Counted from the first letter of the whole stretch, positions 12,909 to 26,300 are shown. The stretch is 63,573 bases of DNA, filler included, from Choristocarpus tenellus KU-1152 (GCA_964200185.2; 13 parts of 13 records of this genome joined end to end with filler, not necessarily neighbours in it), one strand, 5' to 3'. The notes: generated by a model not told the origin, from the sequence alone. A program made the numbers and translations.

Positions 12909-13974
12909 TGGTGTTGGCAGTCGCCTCTAGGACAGAATTTGTTCTGCTTTAACTTTTAGATCGGAGTGGAGTTTTTCGTCGGAATAAAGCTTGATTTGAC
13001 CCTTGAATCACTCCTGACATTATTAGATACATTATTTGATAGGTTGGAGTTGGTTGTGGTGCGATGGGCGAGAGGGCGATTTTCCTCACTAAATTCAAGT
13101 TACTTAGACATCTGTCCGTCCGTCGTCCAGTATATGGCTTGGAGGGCTGTTTCTCCTTTCCCAAGACGGGTTTTGTCACAGGAGAAGAAGAGTCGTGATC
13201 CTCCATGTCTCATCTGTCTGTGTACAACTCTAAACTCTTCATTGTTATTGTAGCTCCACTGTTATGCCTAAGATTTCATCAGGCAGCAGCCAACCAGCCA
13301 GCCCTATTCATCGAGCTTGACCAAGAATACAAGCTCTCCGTGGTAGTTGCGACCCCTCTTTGATCTCTTGTTCCGCAGTGATTGACTGATCCACTCGATC
13401 AAGCGTGAGGCCCCCTCTTGACACACGGCAATCACCAGTGCGTACACTCTGTCCAACCTCTTCCTTCGACTTCTGTGAAACTTGATGCCTGGAGGTAGAG
13501 ATCGCACCATGACATCCAGCATGACCTTCGACAGAGGGGCTTCCGCAGACATTGTGCCGAGTTCTGCGTGGACAATCTACATTGTATAGTGAGCTGCACA
13601 GTATATTGTTAACAGTCACCTTTACGACAGCATCTCAAATCTGGATAAATTTCGAGGTGATGCAAGGCGTCCTGATCGGTGATCAGCACATCAAATTAAA
13701 GCTGAGATTATAAGCTATCGATTGGCGCAAAGAAATCCAGTGGCGAAAAAGATCTTGGTATGATTTTCAGCGATTTTCATTTTTTGGCAATTCAATCCAA
13801 CCTTTCGGCATTTACTAACTCAACACAAAGTAATTTGCGACCTGATTTCTTTGCCCCATTTGACGGCAGTTGATCTCAGCTTAAATTTAATATGCTGATC
13901 GCCGATCAGGACGTCTTGCATCATCTCGAAATTTATCAAGACCGGGCGTATCCTAGAGGCGACTGCCAACACCA
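12909..13974. mobile_element. Non-autonomous TIR DNA transposon (1066 bp) flanked by TA, Tc1/mariner-like ends
   Basis: Perfect 24-bp TIR TGGTGTTGGCAGTCGCCTCTAGGA (12909-12932) and its reverse complement (13951-13974), each flanked by TA. Confidence 0.85.
13640..13941. repeat. Long imperfect inverted repeat (arms about 110 bp, spacer about 85 bp) inside the TIR element
   Basis: tctggataaatttcgaggtgatgcaaggcgtcctgatcggtgatcagca... at 13640 pairs with ...tgctgatcgccgatcaggacgtcttgcatcatctcgaaatttatcaaga ending at 13941. Confidence 0.9.
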
Positions 13975-15579
13975 TACCACTACTATGATGGTAGGAGGAT
14001 GTGATCGATGAAACAAGAGGGGGCGGCGACTAAGCGAACTTTTGTAGTGCTGACTTCTGGGTAGGTGTCCAGTATTTCAAGTATTATATGGTGCTCCAAT
14101 CAATCGGTACCTGCCTACCTGTAGTCCACCAAGGAAGCAATGCGTGAGAGGGAAGAGGAATAGCTTTTGTGTTGTGGGGGAAATGTAAATACGTGCATCC
14201 CTGCCCCATGGATGGTGCTATAGCTTAATGCATGTATGAGGAGGGTGAAAACGAAAGGGTTCAGGAAGCGAGTCAACACCTGGTTCTAAATCAAGCCTCT
14301 GTCCAAGGTGTTCAGTAACAGCCAAAGGCCTTAAGTGAGGCACTTCATTGAACAGAGCAAATTAAGAATTTCGAACTAAGGACGGACACTTGCTGGGGAA
14401 AATATTGTGGCATTTGATACGTTTAGACATCATGACGGGCAACACTTTCACGACCTGGGCTTCATCAACCTGCAATTAAATGTGACCTCCAAGGATGGAA
14501 GCACCAAAGGAGAAGACACTACCATAACCAACCAATCAACAAGAACTCACAAGGTCATACAAGAATAATCTCAAATGAGAATAATAGCCTGCTTAATCGC
14601 CACTCTACTCCTGTTTGGTTCCGAGGGTATCAGTTCGATTTATTTTATTGTGAAGAAACGGCATGTTGATCGGTAGAGGTATAAATAGTATTTCCAGTTA
14701 TGTTTTGTCCATAATGTTGGAATACTTATCTTTTTTGAGTTAATTGGTAGGTGGTCTCTGTGATTGTTACTCTCAACACACCCACTATCTAGAGTGATTG
14801 TATCTGTTCTCATTCCTTGTTTACAAATTTGTTCTATATATTTTTTCCGTCTTATAAGCAGTTTCAATGTCAGCACGAAAACAATCCTACTCCCTCATCT
14901 TCAGATCAACGACTGAATCAAGAACTCGTTCAAATCTCGGTACGTATTGCTCGGCATATTTTGTATAATGTAAGATATCGTCTACTAAGCGTGGTACCAG
15001 TAGTTTCGCCCTCTGTGGCAATCTTGAATTTTTCACCATGCACATACCAAAGATATTTAACAATGTATACATCAAATGAAAGGGTATGACAAGAGGGTAT
15101 GAAGGTTTGTATCCATGAATGTCCAGGCTTCGGGGAATGGTAGCAATATCTCGATCAAAGAATGGCAAAAACCCAGCGGAATAGCTCCAACGCAGTTTTG
15201 AGGGTCAGGACTTACTTCAAAAAGGACAAAAATGAAGTGGTTAGCTGAACTCCTTGCAAAAAGCTGGTCCAGGGTATGTCGCTGCCCAAGTTTGACCGGT
15301 GTGTGTGCACCGAAAAAAAATCAAGATTTCCGGGCATCTTTTTAATGCTTTTTGTAGACTTTTTGTGAGCACACACACACGTGACTTACACAACAACATG
15401 AACCACAACGGTGAGACAAGGAGAGCCGCCGAGGCCACTCTGCCCCCCTTATCTGCCCTTGGTACCTTCTCTGTTGAGAGACGACGGGAAAGTACTCTGT
15501 GAAATTCAATGTGATGTTAGGTGAGGAAAAAGTGTGAGTAGTGTGGTGCAGCAGCATGATCAAATCGCGAAAAAAAATG

Positions 15580-16420
15580 GATCACGCGGTCACAACACTG
15601 ACGCTTAGAGAAGATGCATTGAAAGCATTACCACACAAACATTGTTGGGTCTTCAACCACATTGGAGCACTGCTCTGCAGTCTCTACCACCTTGGGAAAA
15701 CAGGAAGAGAGCGGCGAGTCCATCACCAGGTGGTACAGTGATGAAGTCTGTGGGGAAGCCTGGTCACGGTGGGCAAAGGAAGCAGAGTGGCCGCCTGAAG
15801 GAAGGGAAGGTTGGGGAAGAGAGCAGTGCGACTGCGTGCCATTGCACTCAGGAAACGCCTAAGCAAAAACCCGGGTATAGAATATCTTAGTATTCGACAG
15901 TTGCAGCAGGCCCTGGCTGTTTAGAAGCTCTGCGAGCCAGAGTGGCTTAAGGAAACGNNNNNNNNNNAGAAAGAAGGTGTTAGGGTTGGGCTACAAGGAC
16001 TCTGAAGCCCGAAAGAAGGTCGGAAGGGCTTGCAAGGCGAAGGAGAAAGCGATTGTAACAAGGGCAGCTGTGGAGACTTTTCAATACCACCAAATCCTTT
16101 ACTTAGAAGAGGTTGCGAAGCAGGTGGAGGTAGCCATAGACAAGGACGCCAGGGAAGAAGAGGAAGTGAGACTGAGATTATTTGCACACCAATGCTTTGG
16201 TATTTCCCACTTCTTGCAAGATGCCGTACATTCACTTTTGTTCTGAGACTTGGGGTTGGACGTATAAAGTTGGTTAAGGGTTTCTCTCAACCTGCATTCA
16301 TTCGAGAAATCAACACAATTTTCGATCAACTCAAGCCTGCTCTCACTCGCCCTTGCGCCTTGATAAAATATCACCCGTCTAGGAAACATTGGACAACGCC
16401 CATTTCGGGCGCTCAATAAG
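15580..16420 (+). pseudogene. Possible degenerate IS630/Tc1-like transposase N-terminal (HTH) region
   Basis: HQILYLEEVAKQV and (frameshifted) RLGVGRIKLVK resemble the P.LYLDE / RLG.TRKKL motifs of IS630-type winged-HTH regions. No DDE domain or TIRs found. Confidence 0.45.
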
Positions 16421-18541
16421 GAGATACGATAGTAAAGGCTCTAACACTGCGAATCCTGTACCTGTGTATGAATGACACAAGAAGTCGGAGCAAGGGTGCT
16501 GTGAGAGGCGTTTCGTCCTGGGCCGTGACGAGACATCTTATCGAGGTCAAAAGTGGGTGCGCGAACATACAGGAAGAAAGGGTGGGGAGGCTTTTTTCCC
16601 GCGTAAACCCTATACTTTAATCAAGTAATGGTGTATCTGTTACCATTCTTGGTGACGTACAATCCAGGGTTCGAATCACAATATGAGCGCTCTTTCTTCA
16701 AAAAAAAGAAAAAATGGCGTAAAATAACACGAAGCCCATACATACTCTGGAGGTCCTTGTGACGGGCATCACGAATATGCTTTTATTTTTTTAATCCGAT
16801 ATCTACATCAAAAGTTATGACGGGACAACCCCACAGGGTGAAGCTACTGGTACCGCTATAGTGCATGTACGGTTGCCCTACGTACGTAATACGAAGCAAT
16901 CTTCCTTTAAAAAGTAGAGGCGTAGGGGTATAGTACGTAAGAGAAACACAAAAAACATTTCCTCGACAAACGCCAATGTTGGAGAGGAACAAAGTGGCTG
17001 CCAAGATTCGTTTGAGACACCTAGATCTCCCATGAAGAGAATATAGAAGGGACCGAAGGCATCAAGCACGGTCCACTGCAGACATAATAAATGGAATACA
17101 ACATCTCGACCCTCAAAACGCCAAATGTACATGCCAGTAGCCACCCCTGGACCTTCCCTTGCTAAAATCATGCTGCGAAAAGCCTGGGGAGAGAAGCACC
17201 CAGAGGAGTCTTAATAACAAGCCAACAACAGTCAGTGCAACCTCATTATCAGGCAAGCATAGACCCACCTTCCATTTAAAATACTGCTATGCAATCGTAG
17301 ATAGAACTTCACAACATTTCATTAGTACTCATTAAGGGAGTCAAATACACCATCATAATACACCATAAATCAACAACCAGCCGTCGTTGGGTGCAATGGT
17401 GTGTACAAAAAAATATCGACTCAAACAAATATACCCCCTGTGGACAACACAACCTTCCTCAGACAATCCACTGGCCACATACAAATGTGTGTAAGCAAAA
17501 TGGGTGGCGAAAATGCGGACCAAGATTGGAAAAAAGACATGAGGAAGGGAGGGCAAGGGATGGGGAATGGGTGGGGGGAAATACAGCATCTGTAGTGGCT
17601 ACCAAGAGGACAAAATCCTTCAACAGAAATGACCAACGAAATATAGTGTGACCAAATAAAAAATCATAAAACAAATATAAGACATATCACGCACCTCAGA
17701 GTAATAATCCCACCACATACACCATACACTGTATGTGCCACATACAATTGACCCTCTCCTCACCACAAACTGAGCGAGAAGATGTAATCGCCTGAAGGAA
17801 TTTAATCAAACATCTACCAATCTTTGACGCTAGGCTCAGGAAGGCAAGCAACAGACAAGCTTCACATAAGAAGGACCAGACCTCCTATCCACCAATCGAA
17901 GGGGACTTACTAATAAAATAATAATGAATGCACGCGCACACACACACAAATGCACAGGCAAAGCAAATGCGTACCTACAAACCCACTGAAACATATTCTA
18001 AGATTTTGATGCAAATAAGAGGTTACGCACTCCTCACTTCCTGCAAAAGAAAACAATCAAGCTCTACTCTTCGAGGAGAGAGGAGTGACAGATCTCCTGC
18101 TTGCAAAAAAACGATGAATCGTGATGGTAAGAGGAGGCATAAAATACTTTTTCGATACAATCCAAAGACTGCACGTCCTGTGTAGAACTCTGCCGACAAA
18201 GCACAAATCCTTATCGTCGACCCATATCCACAGTAACAACGCCCCATATCAAATAGATGGAGCAAAATTCAATAATAGTTTAAAACCCTCCCTCCTTGAC
18301 AAACACAAGACGAGTTCAATCTTCTCCCCCTTTCTCCCACCCGCATGACCAAACAAGCAAACCATTCATATTGTCATTTGCATCCAAGATGGTGTGCACG
18401 AGTCCCTCAACTCCTCACACTCACATGCAAATCCTCTTCCTAGCTCTTCTCTCTAACAACCTAACATATTCCGCCTCATCTGACATACAGACACGTGGAG
18501 TGAAGACCAGTGTCCTCTAAAGATACGATTTTCCTCAGAGC

Positions 18542-18876
18542 GACCCAAAGTATCTGGGGGGGGGGGGGACCTCCCCCAGGGTGTCCAAATGACCNNNNNN
18601 NNNNNNNNNNNNNNNNNNNNNNNNNNNNNNNNNNNNNNTTAATTAATTAANNNNNNNNNNNNNNNNNNNNNNNNNNNNNNNNNNNNNNNNNNNNGGGGGG
18701 GGGGGGGGGGGGGGGTGGTTTGTGAAGGGCGTCCGTTTTGGTCCGGACGAAATGCTCAAAAATGGTAGCAATTGCTGTCTTCTGTCGTGGAGCGTCCGCA
18801 ACCAAAGACAGCAATTGCTATCATTTTTGAGTGAGTCGTCCGCCCTGAACCACCACTCTCCAAGACACTTTGAGCC
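18542..18876. mobile_element. MITE-A left end (18542-18594), gap, then a variant MITE with A-type right end and an internal hairpin (18695-18876)
   Basis: GACCCAAAGTATCTGGGG before the gap; AAGACACTTTGAGCC end. Internal inverted repeat ctcaaaaatggtagcaattgctgtctt / aagacagcaattgctatcatttttgag. Confidence 0.75.
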
Positions 18877-19139
18877 ACTTGACCGTCCTAGTATATTACG
18901 TATTTTGGGCTAAGATGCATTCAGGATGTACGCTTGGTGCTTGCGAGGGAGTTGACTACGTTTTTATGGCTCAGGGAAGTTGTCGTTGGGTTAAAAGAGA
19001 CTGGAGTGTGGGTGGTTGCCGCCGTTTGGTTTGAGTGTGGAAGACATGTCGTATGTGGAAGTATCAACTTGTGCTGAAGATGGTGGTGTGGAGTACGAGA
19101 TGCTTGTGCGACAATATGTGTTTGTGGTAAGGCTTCTGT

Positions 19140-19960
19140 CAATTGCTCGGTATATATTGTTATATTTTTATGTCTTCTGATATTTTACAGATGTGTCAGG
19201 GAAAAAGCCAATTCAACATCATAAGGACCCTGTAGAAGTAACACTCATCGTAAATGTAAAATTGCATACACTATTGTACACATAACGCAATGAAATAGAC
19301 TATTGCACAGGGTGAGAAGATGGCTTAGAATGCAAAAAGGTCCAAACCTGCTGCCTACATCTTAATTGATCTGACTCCGTACCCCACTCTGGTAATTCCA
19401 GAACTACCACACATTTTTTTTTTTACTGTCGAAAACGTCCAACGGCAATTCCTACCGTACCGTGCCACTGTAATTCGAGAACGACAATACTATTATATTT
19501 TATTATATGCCCCTCTGACATTTTGTAGCTGTGTCAGGGAAAAAGTCAAACCTATATCACAACGGCCACTGTGAAAATAATGGTTGCCATTAGTGTAAAA
19601 GATACCTCTGGAGATCCCAACGTTATTTGCTTCGAAATACTATTTGGATACTGCCTATAGCACAGTACTCCCTTAAAGGTTGGTAATTACAATGTATTGT
19701 GTACACTAAGTGAAACCAACTGCGAGGGTTGCATTTTAAGGATCCCAAGAATGGGCAAAAAGATACAATTTTTATTATTGCAGAAAAGAACCTTTGCTGA
19801 ATGGTATTGCCACTTTGTGCGTGGAGAGGGGAGCATCGATTTTGCGTTCACTATTGTGCAAATAAAGCAATGAAATAGTGTTCATTGCACAGGGTATGAA
19901 GATGGCTTAGAATGCAAAAAGGTCCAAATCTACCTACCTTTCAATTGGATTGACTCACTG
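19140..19960 (+). repeat. Two adjacent partial copies of unclassified dispersed repeat family C (other pieces near 21530-21660, 21820-22110, 43430-43550, 49140-49430, 52980-53240)
   Basis: Recurrent blocks such as cactattgtgcacataa..gcaatgaaatag..ttgcacagggt..gaagatggcttagaatgcaaaaaggtccaaa and tgtgtcagggaaaaa occur in both orientations across the window. Confidence 0.75.
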
Positions 19961-20260
19961 CTGCTAGTGAGTACAAGCGGATTGCAACCTCCTCCATTCA
20001 TCAACCAATAATAGTTTCGCCCCTGCTGGAGCAGAGCCCCATAGGAGTAAGCCACTATGCGAGATCTTTTAACTTCCGTAGTTTTAACCACAGCACCTTC
20101 GCTGTAGAAAGCTTAGCGCGTCTTGACACACTGACAACTAGAGTCATTTCTGTATGAGGAAACGACTCATAATATTGTAGGAGGTACGGCGGCATAGAGG
20201 GGTTCAGCAGAAAGAGAGCTATAAAACCACATGTACGAAGACGCAGATTGCACCAGTTAT
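19960..20260 (+). mobile_element. CRE-type non-LTR retrotransposon 3' fragment (restriction-like endonuclease region)
   Basis: HYARSFNFRSFNHSTFAVESLARL...GFSRKRAIKPHVR is homologous to the fragments at 22140-22530 and 49530-50100. Confidence 0.6.
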
Positions 20261-20273
20261 ATAAAATTCAACT

Positions 20274-20445
20274 GGCTCAAAGTATCTGGGGGGGGTGGCG
20301 GCTATCCATTTGGGACTAATTTTTTCATATCGCGATTTTTGGGTGATTTGGTTCCATACATTGGATGGATAATGAAAGTGCACTTTTCCTGGTTTTGGTC
20401 CAAAATAGACACTCTGGTGTAGACCCCCCCCAGATACTTTGGGCC
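20274..20445. mobile_element. MITE family A
   Basis: A-type TIRs and internal sequence; flanks ACT/ACT (only a 3-bp match). Confidence 0.9.
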
Positions 20446-20549
20446 ACTGGCAACCTCAATAAGGTTTTTTGCATTTTCAAATTAGATATTACAGGTCGAT
20501 GGACTAGGGAAGGATTACGGATAATTCTATTCGTGAGATTTTCCCCTTA

Positions 20550-20779
20550 ATTCTTGTCAGATCCAAAATCCATTGTTGTGATTGTGACGGAATTTGGCTA
20601 TCGTGTTTAATAGAATTTATCAAATATCTTTGTTTCGGACACACCTTTTCATAACTTAAACATTTTACCTACTCCGAAATATTTGGAGCAGGGAAATGTC
20701 ATAAAAAAAAACATGGGAAGCCATGGCCCAAGTGGACACAAACAGGGCAAAACTCGTACCCTCTAAGATACTTTCACTC
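20550..20779. mobile_element. MITE family B, one end missing
   Basis: Ends in TACCCTCTAAGATACTTTCACTC; internal sequence matches other B copies; left TIR not seen. Confidence 0.85.
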
Positions 20780-20814
20780 TATCACACGTGTCCTTCACCC
20801 TCTGCAGGCCCTTC

Positions 20815-21360
20815 CCTATCTTCTCCTCGTCACTGCCAGCCTGCCCATGGAGCATCATGCTTCCCATCTTGTTGTGACAAAGATAGGCCTTAATCCACTT
20901 CAGTGAAAAATCCAAAGTTCTTTAAGGACTTGATATCTGCACCGGGTGGCTTTTAGACAAGAAATTCTGCCCTAGCGCTGAGACCAAGTGACATGATGAT
21001 ATCTCGAGTCACTGATAGACCAGCTCTCCTGACCTCCTCCCGAAGCCCATGACCATACTATTCACCTGATCCCAGCAAGAGGAACATAAAAGCGCGACCA
21101 GCGATTATTAGTTTCTTGCAATAATAAGGTATCTCTTAACATAGTTCATGGTAACATTTAGATACCAGTTGTACGACACAAACGCTATAGTCGTGTCGAC
21201 AGTGGTACCACAACACACACAAAGCAGGTAAAATAGCTTACCTCTGGGTGCTGTGGTTTCTTAGCCACCTTCTCATCTCCCTTCGACTTGCAAGAAGCTT
21301 TTTCAGAAGAGATTTCTTGCTTACTCCAATTCGTTCGATGGTTCTCATGCGAAAGTCATA
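20815..21360 (-). pseudogene. Degenerate pogo/Tigger-like transposase N-terminus (CENP-B-type HTH) with an apparent intron at 21241-21066
   Basis: KPQHPE|gtaagc...cag|VNSMVMGF..EEVRRAGLSVTRDII..SLKWIKAYLCHNKMGSMMLHGQAGSD resembles YPEVD..W..R..G.PVT..F.AS.GW..F..LHGEA.S.D. Frameshifted. Confidence 0.65.
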
Positions 21361-22139
21361 TCACTCCATCATGTCTTGGCTCATCTTGTCTGGTCCAGCT
21401 AGCAAGTCCAGCGCTTTTCCTTTCTACGCTACAGATAATTGTTTCCATCTACCAGCACCGCCTGTACCATTGCAGAAAGAGCCTTTGCTGGATTGTGGTG
21501 TCTCTTTGTCTGTGTAAATGGAAATGTATAAATTTTGCGTACATTGTTGTCCACATAACTCAATTACATAGAGTGTATTGCGCAGGTTGGGAAAGACGAC
21601 TTAGAATGAAAGAGGGTCCAATCCTGTCTGCCTCTCAATTGGTTTGGCTCAGTGGGGTGGAAGGGACCGGAGGATATTGTAGGAAAGGGGTTGTGTCAAG
21701 TCTATCTTACGACGGATAGTGTTTGTCACTACGCAAGTGCATCTGTCGAGACGTGTCATGCATTTTAAGCCGGAGACACCAGGCAGTTTGGTAAGAAGAG
21801 GCCTGTCTTATTATTGGGATGTTTCACTTGCTCCTCGCCCACCTTTGTAGGGCTAAGCTAGGTTACAGGCATAGCAGCACTGTAAACATTGCATCGTCAT
21901 TACCGACCTTAAAGGGGGCATAGTTGTATAGGTGGCATTCAATTGGTAAGAGAAATTAAGGAGGAATCTTTTACATTATTGGCATATATTTTACCGGAGC
22001 CCACCGTGTAAAATAGTATCATTCTCTTATTTTTTTAGCCATGTGATTGCATCTTTTTGCCCTTTCTCAGGATCCTTAAAATGTAGCCCTGGATACCTCT
22101 CAGCCAGTTTCACCCACTGCGTGTGTTGCTAAATCAGCT

Positions 22140-22530
22140 TTTAAAAAATCTGCTTGCTTACTAAGAATTCCAAAACTTTCCACCACGAAGGTGTTAAGTT
22201 AAAACTACAAGAGTCAGAAAGAACCCTCGTAAGTGGATGCGCTTCCATGCCTTGGCTGCAGAACCAGCGTACACCATTGTTGGTGGATGAGTGGGGTAGA
22301 TGGGAGGCTCCTTGAACTTCTGCAATAGTAACACCCAGGAGGAGACCGTAGTTCCAATCACTAGCCAAGCCAACATTCACAAGGGTCTCAGCAGTGAAGA
22401 CCACATCCATGCGGAAGTTCCGTTCCACTGCGAATGGGTTTCCATCTTCCACAGTACAAGGGATGTCCATTCCCTTTGTCGAGTTGGCCTAGATATTTCA
22501 CCATCGGTATGAGCTGGTGTGCCTGTCCTT
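22140..22530 (-). mobile_element. CRE-type non-LTR retrotransposon 3' fragment (RLE domain); a further plus-strand piece lies at about 22720-22930
   Basis: GNPFAVERNFRMDVVF..GLLLGVTIAEVQ matches the RxD..DV RLE motifs; homologous to 49530-50100. Confidence 0.7.
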
Positions 22531-23126
22531 CTAGCTCAGGGCAGGTATGAGGTACTACCCCAAAAAAATGAACAGTAACTACTACCGTACCGTACTGTGG
22601 AACGTCCTGAAATGCCATAAAATTGTGAAGGATCTCCATGTGGATGTTGCTTTTGTAGAGGCTAAGCAGTCAATATCGCTTGCTACGTTCATCCACCAAC
22701 CATGGTGTAGCTGCTGCTGCAGGGGAGGTGCGAAAGCACACCCCCCAAGGGATCTTTCGATCCTCATATTTTAAATCTCAATACCTTCACAGTGGAAACT
22801 TTTAGGCGCTTTGGTAAAACCACAAGCACGGAATTTCCTGGATGAGTTGGCCGCCCATCCATGCAGTAGGAGGGGAGGGGCTGGGTGTACGTGTTCGAAC
22901 CCCGGATCCAGAGGTCAGATTTTCTTCGCAAGAAATCTGACTTCCATGAAAATGATGACATATTCATTGGGAAGGTACACCTGTAACTTACTATCTTGAG
23001 CTGAGCCACCAAAAAGGGACACACTGGAAGGTCTGGATCACGGTGGTGAAGATTCGTGTGAAGGGAGTATCCCTCAGATTCGAGGAAGGAGGCAAAGCAA
23101 CGATTAGTGCGATGACTGAACCATAC

Positions 23127-23384
23127 GAGTGAAAGTATCTTAGAGGGCACGAGTTTTGCCCTGTTTGTCCGTTTGGGGCTTGGCTTCCCATATATTTTTT
23201 AATGACATTTTCCTACTCAAAATTTATTCGGAGTAAGTAAATTTGTGTTATGAAAAAGTGTGACCGGAACAAGGATAATGACACTTCCTAACAAATACGA
23301 TAGTCAAAATTATATAAAAATCGCAACAACAGTGGATTTTGTCCTCAAATGGACGCGGTTCTACCCTCAAAGGCGCTTTGGCTC
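23127..23384. mobile_element. MITE family B
   Basis: GAGTGAAAGTATCTTAGAGGG...CCCTCAAAGGCGCTTTGGCTC; TSD not clean (TAC/TAT). Confidence 0.88.
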
Positions 23385-26300
23385 TATGCACGAGTGTGCA
23401 TTGCCATCTCTGGGTGAGCCAACGGGCTGGGTAGGGTGGAGGTTGTAACTTTCTTTCTTGTTCTAAACCACAAAAAAATCAGACGCATGGTAGAAAGATC
23501 CGGATGGTGGTGGTGACAATTCATTGCGGACAGGAGTATGTATAAGATTGAGGAGGGGGTGGAGTAACGAATCATAAGACGGCTGAACACGGGAGAAAAA
23601 TCAAGGCGCGCACCGGGCAGTGCAATTAGTTAGTTGCACTGCAACAGCTAGGTCGTAGGGTTGAAGAACTAGTAGAGTGTGTACTGCTATCTGACCAAGG
23701 GTCAATGGGATAGGAAGATTGGTGGTAGTGGAGAAGATCCAGAAAAAGTGAGGAAACAAGAACATTAAGATAATATTGTGTACTATTTTATGTTGATGTA
23801 TTTTATAGTAGAGCATCATATAGTACATCATACACAGAATAAAATGACATATTTTCCAAATATCTATATAATATATAATACATATATTTCTGTTTTATTT
23901 GTTTTCTGAGGGTTACGTGCCTTCTTTCTTCCTTTCTGAGAATGAACGATGGAGGCAGCAAGAGATGTGTCTAGAGCTGAGGAAGGAAGAGGGAATCCAT
24001 GAAGATTAGGAAGAGGTTGCCTCTTCATCAGAGGATGAGTCCATGAATACTTCGAGAACTTTGACAGTGTCGAGTCTTTTGAGATTATTAGCAAGACAGC
24101 ACCAGGGTCAGAGACAAAGTAAACCACAGGTACCCAGGTTTTGCCCGCTTTGCATTATTATATTTTATTTTTTCAATATTTTGAAAGTCACCTATATTTC
24201 TATGGATGAAGTTATAATTTTCACTTAGACCGTTTAATTCTCTATTGTCTTGAACTTTCCCGACACAGTACAGAAAATATCCTACACACATTTCCAAAAA
24301 TAGTCGAATTTTGCGTATGTTCGCGGACATCCTTAAAATACTACTCGTTTATTTTGACTTGAAAACATGGCTTGATGGGCCAGCACGGTAGTGGCGACAT
24401 TTATGGAGGCCAACAAGTCGAGTGAGTCTGCCAGGAGATCAGTGGATTTGAAGTACTCTTCCAATACTTCATCCCCTCCTCAAGGGAACCACGAAGAACA
24501 CAAGGTGTGCCATCTTGGTTACCAAAAAAGGGAAAGAAACGGAGTGCAGGCATCTTCTCACTCACAACTCCAAAGATGGCACAATTGGGCTCATCACCCA
24601 CCTCAACCAGTTTCACAAGTAGGAACTCAAGAAGCGATCGAGTCTAGCACACAGTCGACATAGGACAAGGCGAATAGGCATCGCTGATCAGCGAGAGGGT
24701 GTTGTGTCAAATAGGCCACACTCTTTTGCATGGCGAGTCGCCTTCTGCTGGATAAATGGTGTCAGCATGAAGTGGGGGACTGCCAACATGTCATGAGAGG
24801 AAACTCCCAGGATGTGCAGGATGGTCACATGTGGTAGAAACCTCAACCAACACGGAAAACTGTGGAACCAGTAGTGTGTCGTCCATACTGCTCCATCTGA
24901 ACGTCAAGATACTGTCAGAAACGGTGCAATTTCCGTTACTAAAAGTGTTTCCCCCCCCCTCCCCTCCCCAAAACTATAATTACCATCCTGTACACTTCTC
25001 AAAATCACTGTCACCGCACCGTATGATATATTTTACGGTAGACAATACCATTAATGGCACTGTACAGTTTTCAAACTTCCATTACCGTACCGTGAAAATA
25101 TTTCACAACAGTAGACCGTACGGTAACGCGTTTTTTTCCAAAATTCCTGGTATCATACCGAATTGTGAAATCACTACCAGGATGAGGTTTGGAATGTGCA
25201 GACATATCTACTTCCCTCCCCTAGTCTCCCTCCTAAGATTCTATCAAGCAAGGAAAATAGGGAGCCAAGAGGAAGAGGAAGAATGAAACAATGAGTGCAT
25301 AGGACGAGGCCATTAAAACACCAAACACTAAATCATGGTTTCTAGCCTTTCAAATCCGGAACAAAATAACTGTTTGGATATGTGCAACAAAACTTGAAGC
25401 CCTTGTAGCAATGTCTTCCAAGGCAACCAACCAGCGCTTTGGGTATGAATAGCTGTCGCCACTAGGGTAGAGAGAGTGGTACACCCTCCACCGCAGAAGT
25501 CAACCTCTACTCACACCAGGTCACTCAAAAATGACTCCACATCGTGTAAGGCAGTCAAAACGTGATAAAAGCCAGTCATTCAGAAGTGAAGGACCGATCC
25601 ACTCTGCTAGACCCAACCAGGGCTATAGGCAACAGGCAACATGCAAAAGCCTAAAGTCCCACTTGTACAGCAAGCAGAAATTGATTTAACTTCCACACAC
25701 TTTATCATGGTTAAACAAAAAAAAAGGGATTTTAAAAAAATAGACTGCAAGAAAACATCCCGTGATACATAAATTCAACTTCAACTTCAACTGCAAAGCA
25801 CACACACACACACACACACATGCGTGTGCAGTTAGACAGGCAAACACAAATGCAAGCCTGCACAGCCTTAGGAACAACTGTAGAACAACCACGCCATCCT
25901 CTCCGCTACAAAATCGAGTGCCAAACCAACCATCAACAAACAAATACAAAGTGCAGGCCACGTAAAGAGCGACTCAATCAACCCCTGTCTGCAACCACTC
26001 ATACTTGCCAACCCCTTCTGTTCTAGCTCTCTGCCCAACTACCGTGCTTCCCTTCCTAACCCCAACCGACGAGGCTGGAAGGACACTACTGTACGGGTTG
26101 TAAGCCGCACGCCTCTTTCCTACAGCGGAACTCCCCCCCTCCTCAGTAGAAGAAGCGGGGTCCTCCTCTTCTGTGTAAGGCCGTTGGAGGGTGCGGACGT
26201 TCCAGTTAAGTTTGTCCCGAATGCTCTGGAACCAGTCTCCATCAAGATCCCGGTGGTTGACCTGTTATCCCAAATATATATATATATATGGTATAGATAT

